Source of the DNA: Octopus bimaculoides
Lineage: Eukaryota
NCBI RefSeq assembly: GCF_001194135.2
Contig: NC_068988.1
Coordinates: 39,095,887 to 39,131,244 of the forward strand
DNA length: 35,358 nucleotides
Direction of reading: 5' to 3'
Part shown: piece by piece, positions 11,257 to 23,742 of the stretch
How the letters are laid out: every line of letters begins with the position of its first letter
How positions within the stretch are numbered: the stretch's first letter is position 1
Translations under genes and position numbers: made by a program
Notes under the pieces: model-generated
The model's input: the letters and a program-made list of their open reading frames with translations, nothing else
What the model was told of the DNA's origin: nothing
Database searches by the model: none

Positions 11257-11727
11257 CTATGCTCTGGCATATCAACACCATGTTTGTGGGATTTAGAATG
11301 CAGAGCTCAAGGCATCGCTGAAATGCATTTGCTCAAATTTATCCGAGCTGCAAAGCGATTGCGAAGAAAGCGATATAAGTAAAGGTATTGCGAATCGTTA
11401 AATTCAAAGGACAATCCGATAACATAACGTTTCTAATGTGAATGGATATTTCCATGCATATCATCGTTTGTGCGGAGAAAGATAAGTCTCACAGGAATCC
11501 ATCATATAACAGTTTCTTCTAAAAGTGATTTTACTTCTATCTAATTTAAACAAAAATAACTTTTTTCTGAAGTAGGCATAAGTTGTTACATTTTAATGGA
11601 TGATGTGCGTGGTCGATAAAATCAACTCCAATACTTGGTGGATACGAGTTTAATCAATCAAAGAGGGATGCAATGACAAACTGACTGCGATAAAAGAAAT
11701 CACTACTTATCATAATTTATCCTCTAT

Positions 11728-11915
11728 AATGGTTTCAATTTTTGGCACAAGGCCAGCAAATTCGTGAGAGTCGTAAGTCGATCACATCAATCCCAGTGCT
11801 CAACGGGTACTTTATTTCATCGAACCAGAAAGGATAAAAAGTAAAAGTCGATCTCCGTGGAATTTGAACTCAGGACGTAAAGTCGGACGAAATGTCGCTA
11901 AGCATTTTACTCGAT
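11728..11915 (-). mobile_element. SINE family A (head eroded)
   Basis: ggtttcaatttttggcacaaggccagcaaatt...ggaatttgaactcaggacgtaaagtcggacgaaatg. Confidence 0.85.
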
Positions 11916-11997
11916 GACATTTTATCCTCTCTAATAAGGATACTCGTTTGTCTAAATGGAAAAGAAAGAACACAAGAAAGCTGTTCCCCCCATAATA

Positions 11998-12100
11998 AAG
12001 TCGTGCGTTCGATTCCTCGTCCAATTAACGTGTTGTGTTCTTAAGCAATGCATCACATTTCATGTTGCTCCAGTTGACTCAGCTGAAAGCAAGTCTCAGC
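11998..12100 (+). mobile_element. B/G-type SINE body (B-box plus CORE-like segment) without a recognisable B or C tail
   Basis: gcgttcgattcc...tgttgtgttcttaagcaa...catgttgctccagttgactcagctg. Confidence 0.6.
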
Positions 12101-12650
12101 TGCGTGCTGGTGCAGCTCTTTCTGTCACTAGCTTTCACATCTTCATTGCTTTGTTGGATCAAGGATTGGCGGGTGTCTATAACTGTTCGTGACTACATAG
12201 ACACTTCGAAACAAATGGAGAACACATGGTACATACTACTCTATCACTCGCTTGCGAGTGCTGTCTAAACTTATTTGGTTAGGGAAATGTCGAATTTATA
12301 TCTTTAAGGAAAATCTTTTTCGGACATTTTTAATCGAAAAATTATAAGTAAATTTATGAAAGAAATAATTTTGAAGTTGCAGATATACACCAAAATACAT
12401 TTAATCGATTAGGCCAAAAATATATATTATATTTCAGCAAAAATATATATTTAAAAAAAGTAATATTAAGAATTTCTCGGAATTTAGTTCCTTAAAATAA
12501 ATATCCAAATGCGTTTATATCAATATCTATGAATAACATAATATAACTACTGTTAGCTTTTTTAATCCTGTGCCGGTCCCGATGCACATTTCCAATTTTT
12601 TTCGACCACCAGAGGAACTGATAACTTATGAAAGGAAATTAATTTGCAAT

Positions 12651-12822
12651 ATAAGGCGGTAAGCTGGCAGAATCGTTAGCAGGCTGAGTTCAAATTTCGT
12701 CGAGGTTGACTCTTTCAGGTTCGACAAAATAAGTACCAGCTGAGCACTGTAGTCCATTTAAGCGACTTACCCGTTCCCCACCAAATTGCTGACCTTGTGC
12801 CAAAATTTGAAACCAATATTAT
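12651..12822 (+). mobile_element. SINE family A with internal deletion
   Basis: taaggcggtaagctggcagaatcgttagca joined to ctgagttcaaatt, with tail aaattgctgaccttgtgccaaaatttgaaaccaatatt. Confidence 0.85.
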
Positions 12823-12857
12823 CCCGTAGTATATATATTCTATTTTGATCTATCGAA

Positions 12858-13204
12858 GTGAAGGCGCATAACTCAGTGGTTAGAGCGTCGGGCTCACAAT
12901 CATGAGGTTGTGAGTTCAATTCTCGGACTGAGCTGTGAGCTGTGTATTATGTTCTTGGGCAGGACACTTTATCTCATGTTGCTCCAGTTCACTCAGCTAT
13001 AGAAATGGGACGCGACGCCACTGGTGGCAAGCTGTATCGGCCTTTCCCTTGTACAACATCGGTGGCATGGAGAGGAGAGGCTGGTATGCATGAGTGACTG
13101 CTGTTCTTCCACAAACATCCTTGCCCGGACTTGTACCTCGGATGATAACTTTCTAGGTGCAATCCTATCATCATTTATGACCGAAGCGGGTCTTTACCTT
13201 TACT
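12858..13204 (+). mobile_element. tRNA-derived CORE-like SINE, family B, full length
   Basis: A-box-like taactcagtgg and B-box-like gagttcaattc, then ttgggcaggacacttt...gttgctccagttcactcagct. Matches the reverse complement of 30571-30913 along its length. Confidence 0.9.
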
Positions 13205-13288
13205 CTGATCTATCAGACCATGTAACTATTGTAGTATAATTCCACTTTGTAGCAATCTCGTTTTTATAGTTATTGTAGCTTGTATATA

Positions 13289-13558
13289 GTTGTTGTTGGC
13301 ACTCCGTCGCTTACGACGTCGAGGGTTCCACTTGATCCGATCAACGGAACAGCCTGCTCGTGAAATTAACGTGCAAGTGGCTGAGCACTCCACAGATACG
13401 TGTACTCTTAATGTAGTTCTCGGGGATATTCAACGTGACACAGTGTGACAAGGCTGACCCTTTGAATTACAGGCACAACAGAAACAGGAAGTAAGAGTGA
13501 GAGAAAGTTGTGGTGGATGAGTACAGCAGGGTTCGCCACCATCCCCTGCCGGAGCCTC
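13289..13558 (-). mobile_element. SINE family C (head in gap)
   Basis: Tail ends ggagtgcca(aca)n on the minus strand. Close match to 18973-19314 and 8024-8319. Confidence 0.92.
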
Positions 13559-13810
13559 NNNNNNNNNNNNNNNNNNNNNNNNNNNNNNNNNNNNNNNNNN
13601 NNNNNNNNNNNNNNNNNNNNNNNNNNNNNNNNNNNNNNNNNNNNNNNNNNNNNNNNNNNNNNNNNNNNNNNNNNNNNNNNNNNNNNNNNNNNNNNNNNNN
13701 NNNNNNNNNNNNNNNNNNNNNNNNNNNNNNNNNNNNNNNNNNNNNNNNNNNNNNNNNNNNNNNNNNNNNNNNNNNNNNNNNNNNNNNNNNNNNNNNNNNN
13801 NNNNNNNNNN

Positions 13811-13895
13811 GTTTTCAAAGTCGGCAGGGTATTATTTGAGGGAGATTTAACTGCAATTTCTAGCCGGTCGAACGATTGCATAGAGGTTTCCTCGT
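13811..13895. mobile_element. Interspersed repeat family F fragment (other pieces near 10320, 15020, 23560-23730, 29280, 29680, 31325-31540)
   Basis: Recurring motif atttgagggagattt.ctgc.atttctagc.ggtcga.cga...tagag and its reverse complement. Confidence 0.55.
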
Positions 13896-14394
13896 TGTTT
13901 AATAGTAAAAGTATGTTCATGAAGCAGCCAGGTAAACTATCAGAAGCTGCCACCGCTGCTGTCGGTATCTTTCTGTTGTTACACTGACATAAGACCCCCA
14001 CCAATATAAAGGGTATCATTTTACAAGGAAAGGGCTCACTGCTAAATATAACCAAAATCAACCGGAAGTGGGTGAATGAGACTGTGTAAATGGTTGCAAA
14101 TTTGTTTTTTTTTTTCTTTTATTCTATTTTCTACCCATTATCATAATTTAATGGGTTGCAACTTTGGTATCGTATATCAAAGAAGAGAAAGAATGTGAGA
14201 AAAAGAGGGGGAAAGCGATACACAGAAGGAAAGAAGATAATACCACGAGAATTTCTTACGGTTGGGGTACACAATTAGACAAAACAAATTACACAGCTTA
14301 TAAGAATCTCTAAGAACATACTAAATATAGAAATATAAAAAATGTGTTAATAGACAGCATTGAATATAGAAACACAGTAGAAGAATATGTAGAC

Positions 14395-14652
14395 CAGAAG
14401 TTCTCAACCGGGGTCCACATGACCCTTGGAGGTCAATATAAAATTTTTTTGTTAAAATTTATCTGCAATGAATTGGTTATGCTTCTACAATACACAAAAT
14501 ATTTAAACACTTTTTTAAAACAATTCCTAATAATATTTAAGTATTAAGATATAATAGGGTATTTTTAAGACATCAAATGGTTATGTAGGGGTTCATCTGA
14601 GTGAAAGAGGAATCAAGGGGATCCATAGGAAAAAGATGGTTGAGAACCCCTG
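14395..14652. mobile_element. Non-autonomous hAT/Charlie-type MITE, 258 bp
   Basis: 15-bp TIRs cagaagttctcaacc and ggttgagaacccctg (2 mismatches), with an identical 8-bp flanking duplication atgtagac at 14387-14394 and 14653-14660. Confidence 0.9.
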
Positions 14653-15667
14653 ATGTAGACAGTAAAAGCCGCTTGTACATGAAATAACGCAACCTCTACA
14701 TATGAAACTAAAACCGGGTGCACTTGGGACAGTAGCGTGTTAACAATGCTCCATACTGTCAGAAACGTTGGATGAAACAAATATAAATTGTTCGGAGTCG
14801 CACAATTTCGAGGAAAAACAGACGAAAAACATTCTAAAATTTTGCGAAGAACAATTCGTTGACAATGGTTCTTTAGCCCCTTGCCATTTATTATTCATTA
14901 GACGTACGGAGAAACACGTTCCAGGTATGACTAACACGTCTTTCCCCAGTTAGAGTGCATACTTCACAACTTTATAAAGAAATTCTTTCCTTCTCTAAGA
15001 AGCTATGGTGCGACTTTAGGCAGATTTTGCTGCTACTTTTAGCATATCAAGTGGTCACGTAGAGATTCGTTTGTTGGCTTGGCTTAAGAGCACTTCGTTA
15101 AGGAAGGAATAAGAAGTTTGAGCAAGTTGTAGTTTTAAAGAAAGTTCTGTTATACTAAACTATTATTACTGATATAGTAAAACCTTCTACTTTAACAGAT
15201 TCAGAAAAAAGTACCTTAATTATTTCCCAAAGTTAGCAGTGTAACTAATACAGAAATTTAACCAAACGCATACTTTATGGGAGACATTGCGTTACATATA
15301 TCTGTGTGTGTGTGTATGTATGTATGTATGTATGCATTTCTGCATATATATATATATATATATANNNNNNNNNNNNNNNNNNNNNNNNNNNNNNNNNNNN
15401 NNNNNNNNNNNNNNNNNNNNNNNNNNNNNNNNNNNNNNNNNNNNNNNNNNNNNNNNNNNNNNNNNNNNNNNNNNNNNNNNNNNNNNNNNNNNNNNNNNNN
15501 NNNNNNNNNNNNNNNNNNNNNNNNNNNNNNNNNNNNNNNNNNNNNNNNNNNNNNNNNNNNNNNNNNNNNNNNNNNNNNNNNNNNNNNNNNNNNNNNNNNN
15601 NNNNNNNNNNNNNNNNNNNNNNNNNNNNNNNNNNNNNNNNNNNNNNNNNNNNNNNNNNNNNNNNNNN

Positions 15668-15699
<32 letters not shown>

Positions 15700-15869
15700 A
15701 TATAAATTCAAATTACGACAAACGTAAACGAACAAACGAAGTTTGCTTTTAGAAGCGTTGAGATGTCTTAGAAAGTTAAAGAAGTGATTTTAAATACTCA
15801 ATCGCAGGATAATGCTAATAATATAGCCTGAACAGGATAAACTACCTCTATTTTGCAGAAAAAAGTGTA

Positions 15870-15931
15870 GGTGGTTAGCTGTGGACTCGAACTCACATCT
15901 CCGTGATTACGCGTCACGATGCTCTGACCGA
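15870..15931 (-). pseudogene. tRNA-like fragment (possible Thr-CGT origin), 5' end lost at a (TA)n tract
   Basis: Minus strand tcggtcagagcat-cgtga-cgcgtaa-tcacg-gagat-gtgagttcgagtccac gives a 5-bp anticodon-like stem with a 7-nt loop and a B-box-like T arm. T6 follows shortly downstream. Confidence 0.4.
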
Positions 15932-16466
15932 TATATATATATATATATATATATACATAACGAAGTTATTCTATTCCGCACGGGTAGAAATATAGGAAAA
16001 GTAGAAGTTGAAAATGCACTGAGAATAGTTAAAATATTCTTTTATTATCATATTTAAAGATTTAACCGGTTTCACAGTTTACGCTGATTTTCAAAAGTTG
16101 AAATAAGACATGGCTTATGTTGCTGCTGTTTTGCTTCTGACTAGTGCTTGAAGCTTACCCTATTTTTATAGGGAGCTTATGGCTCAATTAGTTTTGAATA
16201 GGACCTGATTAGTAGAGGATAGTCACATGACAGGTCTTAGACATCTTTTGTAGGCTCCTCGCCACGTCCATGTCTTAGTATCAAGTGATAATGTTTGACG
16301 TCGTAAGTTGAGATTGATACGGTTGACTGAACATGTCCAGCGACAGTACCAAACAATCAATGTTCTGAGTGTTTTCTGTCACGTGATTGTAGACAATAGA
16401 CATGTGATTAAGTTTAGAACCTTTTGTACATTTCCCAGTACGGACGTGCGTTAGTGTCATGTTAAA

Positions 16467-16500
<34 letters not shown>

Positions 16501-17359
16501 NNNNNNNNNNNNNNNNNNNNNNNNNNNNNNNNNNNNNNNNNNNNNNNNNNNNNNNNNNNNNNNNNNNNNNNNNNNNNNNNNNNNNNNNNNNNNNNNNNNN
16601 NNNNNNNNNNNNNNNNNNNNNNNNNNNNNNNNNNNNNNNNNNNNNNNNNNNNNNNNNNNNNNNNNNNNNNNNNNNNNNNNNNNNNNNNNNNNNNNNNNNN
16701 NNNNNNNNNNNNNNNNNNNNNNNNNNNNNNNNNNNNNNNNNNNNNNNNNNNNNNNNNNNNNNNNNNNNNNNNNNNNNNNNNNNNNNNNNNNNNNNNNNNN
16801 NNNNNNNNNNNNNNNNNNNNNNNNNNNNNNNNNNNNNNNNNNNNNNNNNNNNNNNNNNNNNNNNNNNNNNNNNNNNNNNNNNNNNNNNNNNNNNNNNNNN
16901 NNNNNNNNNNNNNNNNNNNNNNNNNNNNNNNNNNNNNNNNNNNNNNNNNNNNNNNNNNNNNNNNNNNNNNNNNNNNNNNNNNNNNNNNNNNNNNNNNNNN
17001 NNNNNNNNNNNNNNNNNNNNNNNNNNNNNNNNNNNNNNNNNNNNNNNNNNNNNNNNNNNNNNNNNNNNNNNNNNNNNNNNNNNNNNNNNNNNNNNNNNNN
17101 NNNNNNNNNNNNNNNNNNNNNNNNNNNNNNNNNNNNNNNNNNNNNNNNNNNNNNNNNNNNNNNNNNNNNNNNNNNNNNNNNNNNNNNNNNNNNNNNNNNN
17201 NNNNNNNNNNNNNNNNNNNNNNNNNNNNNNNNNNNNNNNNNNNNNNNNNNNNNNNNNNNNNNNNNNNNNNNNNNNNNNNNNNNNNNNNNNNNNNNNNNNN
17301 NNNNNNNNNNNNNNNNNNNNNNNNNNNNNNNNNNNNNNNNNNNNNNNNNNNNNNNNNNN

Positions 17360-17389
17360 CATCATCATCATCATCATCATCATCATCAT
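17360..17389. repeat. (CAT)n microsatellite at gap edge
   Basis: Direct reading. Confidence 0.95.
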
Positions 17390-17393
17390 TAAG

Positions 17394-18108
17394 AAGGTGG
17401 CGAGCTGGTAGAATCGTTAGCGCGCCGGACGAAATGCTTAGCGGTATTTCGTCCGGCGCCGTCGTCTGAGTTTAAATTCCGCCGAGGTTGACTTTACTTT
17501 TCATCCTTTCGGAGTCGATAAATTAAGTACCAGTTGAACACTGGGGTGGATGTAATCGACCCATTCCCACCTCCCCCAAGCTGCCGTTGTGGCAGAAATT
17601 AGAAATAATAATGTTAATTATTATTATTATTATTGTTAAGAAGGCGGCGAGCTGGCAGTATCGTTAGCACGCTGGACGAAATACTTAGCGGTATTTCACT
17701 CGCTTCTTCGTTCTAAGTTCAAATACCGCCGGGGGTCGATAAATTAAGTACTAGTGAAACATTGGAGCCGATGTAATCGACTTAATCCTCTCCCCCAAAC
17801 TACCCCTGTGGCAAAAATTGTTGTTGTTATTATTATTATTATACAAGGCGGCGAGCTGGTAGAACCGTTAGTCTTTACATTCCGAGTTCAAACTCCACCG
17901 TTGTCGACTTTACTTTTCATCACTTCAGGGCCGATAAATTAAGCACCAGTCAAGTCCTGGGATCGATGTAATCGAATATCCCCACTCCCCACAAATTACA
18001 GGTCTTGTGCCTATAGTAAAAGGGATTATTTTAATTATAAATCAGTAGGAGGTGAGCTGGCAGAATCAGTAGCAAGCCGGACAGATTGCTAAGCGGCATT
18101 TCATCCGC
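17394..18108 (+). mobile_element. Head-to-tail cluster of four family A SINEs (~17394-17612, 17641-17820, 17843-18030, 18045-18108)
   Basis: Four aaggcggcgagctggcagaa-like heads, separated by (ATT)n-like spacers. Confidence 0.88.
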
Positions 18109-18150
18109 TAGTATATTAAAATATACTATATATGTATATATGTGAACAAA

Positions 18151-18740
18151 ATATGTATACATGTAAAGATGCAAAACGAGAGAAAGCAAAAGATGGATTC
18201 TTTCAGATGATGAATTTTTACGCATCAATGTAATATATAGATATTTATATTAATATACGTTGATCAATAAGTTTTGCAAGATTCCTGATGTGAAATCAGG
18301 TGTTGAAATAGATATTATTGTATTTCGGGACGGTCATTTTTTCTTTGCCAAATAAACACATCCACTACATATTTTTTGTTCACTCCTTTTCTTACTTTAT
18401 TATTTGAACTCAAGTACTTTATCCGGAAATATATTATCGTCCGCTGAAGAGGTCACAGATGTGTGACAAAAAAATTTCCGGACAATGAACAGGAGTTGAA
18501 ACAATAAAATAATAACAGTAATAAACTAGTAAAGAAAAAAATAAATAGTGCGTGTGTTTATTTTATTGCGGGTGGTGGTGGGGGACATGACCATCCCGAA
18601 ATACAACAATATATTAATATAATATCCATTTATATATATATATATATATATCCTATTAATATAAACTTCTATATTTTTATACGAAACAAAAAATCTGAAA
18701 CTATCCACCTTTTGCTCTTTCGTTTTGCATGTATACATAT
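18151..18740. mobile_element. Degenerate fold-back / inverted repeat pair
   Basis: atatgtatac...atgcaaaacga...gcaaaagatggat..tttcaga, atataga..tttatattaata and atattattgtatttcgggacggtcat on the left each match the reverse complement of colinear blocks at 18510-18740. Confidence 0.65.
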
Positions 18741-18972
18741 ATACATATGATGTATTTAATATATTCGATGTGTCTAATTTGTTTATCTGCATAATTACCT
18801 TTATACGACGCTCAACATGATCCCTCTTATAACCACATTTTACCTTGTAGAATGATCCCCTGTAAAGACAACGAAATCTAAGTTCGAATCTTTTGAGCGC
18901 TAATAAGTGTTTTCTATACTGAGAATCTCTGGATCTTATCTATGAACTAATATATATATATATATAAATATA

Positions 18973-19314
18973 TTGTTGTTGTTGGCACTCCGTCGCTTAC
19001 GACGTCGAGGCTTCCAGTTGATCCGATCAACGGAACAGCCTGCTCGTGCAAGTGACTGAGCACTCCACAGACACGTGTACCATTAACGTAGTTCTCGAGG
19101 ATATTCAGCGTGACAGTGTGACAAGGCAGACCCTTTGAATTACAGGCACAACAGAAACAGAAAGTAAGAGTGAGAGAATGTTGTGGTGAAAGTATACAGC
19201 ACGGTTCGCCACCATCCCCTGCCGGAGCCTCGAGGAGCTTTAGGTGTTTTCGCTCAATAAACACTCGCAACGCCCAGCTTGGGAATCGAAACCGGGATCC
19301 TATGACCGCGAGTT
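18973..19314 (-). mobile_element. SINE family C, near full length (head enters gap)
   Basis: Reverse complement has B-box-like gtttcgattccc, gagtgtttattgagcgaaaacacctaaagctc and the C tail ending in (caa)n. Confidence 0.92.
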
Positions 19315-20000
19315 NNNNNNNNNNNNNNNNNNNNNNNNNNNNNNNNNNNNNNNNNNNNNNNNNNNNNNNNNNNNNNNNNNNNNNNNNNNNNNNNNNNNNN
19401 NNNNNNNNNNNNNNNNNNNNNNNNNNNNNNNNNNNNNNNNNNNNNNNNNNNNNNNNNNNNNNNNNNNNNNNNNNNNNNNNNNNNNNNNNNNNNNNNNNNN
19501 NNNNNNNNNNNNNNNNNNNNNNNNNNNNNNNNNNNNNNNNNNNNNNNNNNNNNNNNNNNNNNNNNNNNNNNNNNNNNNNNNNNNNNNNNNNNNNNNNNNN
19601 NNNNNNNNNNNNNNNNNNNNNNNNNNNNNNNNNNNNNNNNNNNNNNNNNNNNNNNNNNNNNNNNNNNNNNNNNNNNNNNNNNNNNNNNNNNNNNNNNNNN
19701 NNNNNNNNNNNNNNNNNNNNNNNNNNNNNNNNNNNNNNNNNNNNNNNNNNNNNNNNNNNNNNNNNNNNNNNNNNNNNNNNNNNNNNNNNNNNNNNNNNNN
19801 NNNNNNNNNNNNNNNNNNNNNNNNNNNNNNNNNNNNNNNNNNNNNNNNNCATCCATTTATTCATTTATATTCCTATCTATCTATCTATCTATCTATCAGT
19901 TTGCTTTTAGAAAATAGCATTTGAAACCAGGATCTAATATGTGCAATCACTGCAATACCATTTGTGGTACAAAGTGTATTGCAGTAATGGGTTACTGAGA

Positions 20001-20036
<36 letters not shown>

Positions 20037-20474
20037 GATGCTAGTAAAAAATAATAGAAAAAATATTAGGCTGAACTGAAACAGATGCATCCTGAAGACG
20101 TGGGTTGTTATCTATTATAACCCACTTAAAAGATGTTAGCGGTCACCTCTGGATGCACCTGGGTGCAGTACGAGCTGGCTGGAAGAGACGTCGGTTTCCC
20201 TTATTCGACCTAATCAGTGATTACTCATAATGTGTGGGCGCGAATCCCGAATGTTTCTCATTGTTTATTTTCTGATTAAATTATAGCTTGTTTTAATTAA
20301 TGTTTGTTTTATTTATATTTGCGTAATTAATTGTGCTTTTATATTTTTTCACTTAACTTTCCCTGTCCCACCGAACATGTAATTTTAATCTGTGTTTCAA
20401 GGTCCTTTCTGCTTTATATCATGTCATACTCTTTGTGGTTAATGAACAAAAGTTTACTGTTATTATCATCAAAT

Positions 20475-21393
20475 TTAACTCAGCCAGGCGGCAGAATCAT
20501 AAGGGCTCCGGGAAAAATACTTAGCGGTATTTCATCTCTCTTTACGATCTGAGTTCAAATTTTGCCGAGGTCAGCTTTGCCTTTCTTCTTCTTCGGGGTT
20601 CAAAAAATAAGTAATAGTTGCGTACTAGGGTCGATGTAGACGATTTGCTTCTCTTCCCTCAAACGTGTGCCAACATTTAAAACCATAATTATCTTGAAAT
20701 TTAAGTCAGCGAGCTAGCAGAACCGTTAGCACACCAGGCAAAATGCTTGGCGGCATTTCGTCCGACTTTACGTTCTGGGTTCAAATTCCGAAGAGGTCGA
20801 CTTTGCCTTTTCATCCTTGCTGGGTCGATGAAATAAGTACCAGTTGCGTACTGGGTCAATGCAATCGACTGCTCCATCTCACCCAAAATTTCAGCCCTTC
20901 TAACTATTGAAGAAAGAATTATTATCATGAAACCTAAGCCTGCGAGCTGGCAAAATCATTAGCGCTACGGATAAAGTGCATGGTGGTTCTTCTTCCGGTT
21001 CTTAAAGTTCTGAATTCAAATCTCGCTGCGGGAAACTTTACTTTTCATCGTTCTATCGTCGAAAAAAATAAATATGAGTCAAATACCAGAATCAATTTAA
21101 TCGATTGAAACAAAGTAAGGTCGTGAGCTGGCAGAATCGTTACGACGTTTGAACAAAATTTGAGGCCTTGTGCTTCCAGTAGAAAGGATTATTATTATTA
21201 TTATTATTATTATTGTTGTTGTTGTTATTATTATTCTTATTCTTCTTATTCTTCTTATTATTATTATCATCTTGTTTGACTTTTGCTTCGCGTTTGTACA
21301 TGTTGGCTCCAAGTCTCACCTAGAGACCTCAAGAGACAAGTTAGAAGTTCATGTTGGTTATTATTATTATTATTATTATTAATAATAATAATG

Positions 21394-21453
<60 letters not shown>

Positions 21454-21686
21454 GTAATGATAATAAGGCGAGCTGGCAGAATCGTTAGCATGCCGGGCAA
21501 AATGCGTAGCGGTATTTCGCTCGTCGTTACGTTCTGAACTCAAATTCCACCGTGGACGAGATCCTTTCAAATTCCTCCGAGGTCCTTTCGGGGTCGATAA
21601 ATTAGGTATCAGTGAAACACTGGGGTCGATGTAATCGACTGCTCCCCTCTCCACAAATATGAGGTCTTCTGCCTTCAGCAGAAAGG

Positions 21687-21690
<4 letters not shown>
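20475..21690 (+). mobile_element. Head-to-tail cluster of five family A SINEs interleaved with (ATT)n/(AAT)n
   Basis: Copies at ~20475-20690, 20702-20925, 20934-21110, 21115-21190 (deleted) and 21464-21690. Confidence 0.85.
21268..21357 (-). mobile_element. ~90-bp 3'-terminal fragment of the same R4/Dong-like element as 5735-6520
   Basis: Reverse complement acatgaacttctaacttgtctcttgaggtctctaggtgagacttggagccaacatgtacaaacgcgaagcaaaagtcaaaca aligns to 6431-6516 with one 3-bp indel and a few substitutions. Confidence 0.9.
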
Positions 21691-21718
<28 letters not shown>

Positions 21719-21924
21719 ATTTTTTTCACATTATGTTTGAAATCAACTTGAGAATTCGCTTTGGTATAATATTTACTTTATAAAAGCCAGGATTTGTCAA
21801 CTAAAAGTGTCAGTTTTGGTTGCTGTCGTGTCAAGGCTTTTAATTTAACTTACACTTGACTCTCGTCGTGCTGGCTGTCATCCTTTTTCACAATTTCCGG
21901 ACAGAGAACAAAGCGCACGCGCTT

Positions 21925-22037
<113 letters not shown>

Positions 22038-22409
22038 TATAGGGGGCATTATAGAAAAATACTGCACACATTCCATATAACTGAAGGCAAGCGCACGCAC
22101 GTCATAAAACACAACGCATAGTATTCTAAAATACTGAGTTACACATATACATTGCATCATAAAACGTTTCATACACATATACACAAGTAGCAGAAAATGC
22201 GAACAAAAACAACAACGAGAACAAAACACAACACAATAACAAAACACAACACATATAAACACACTCACATGTACCCGCATAAACAACTCCATATACAAAA
22301 TCAGATAAAAATACAAAATTAGAACAAATTTCAACAAAAGCAATGCAATGTAAAGATAAAATTTTTCGTCCAAAGCCAATTACATTAATTATGCACCACA
22401 CACACGCGC

Positions 22410-23410
<1,001 letters not shown>

Positions 23411-23742
23411 TTAAATCGCTCTTGTGTGGGGGCTTCTTAGATACTTTCAAATCATTTCTTACTGCTCTGCCTCGTGTGGGCAGAGTTAGTAGAAGTAGTA
23501 GTAAACTAATGGTGATAGTGGTAGTAGTAGTAGTAGTAGTAGTAGTAGCAACAGCAGTACATTTTCTTTGATCTCAAGTCCACCTGAAGCGTGTAGACCA
23601 ATGATCAAAAGTATTTCAGTCGAGAGCATTTCGTCTCCACCCCTAGTCACAACGCATTAGACTGTGATATGAAGGATATATGGCTGCAATTTCTACGACG
23701 TTGAGCCACTGCGTATCGATACCCCTACGTGTCTCATTCTCG

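Noticed and set aside
12858-12935. SINE heads (here and at 25958, 30913, 34372) as functional tRNA genes
   Set aside because: No complete cloverleaf or acceptor stem; each continues into a repeated SINE body.
14060-14070. ETS-type motif accggaagtg (also a YY1-like caaaatggcg at ~761)
   Set aside because: Isolated short motifs with no promoter context, expected by chance.
20030-20330. Possible mariner-like terminus (tatgaggatgctagtaaaa) and adjacent GC-richer stretch
   Set aside because: No matching second TIR or transposase motif found, so too weak to call.
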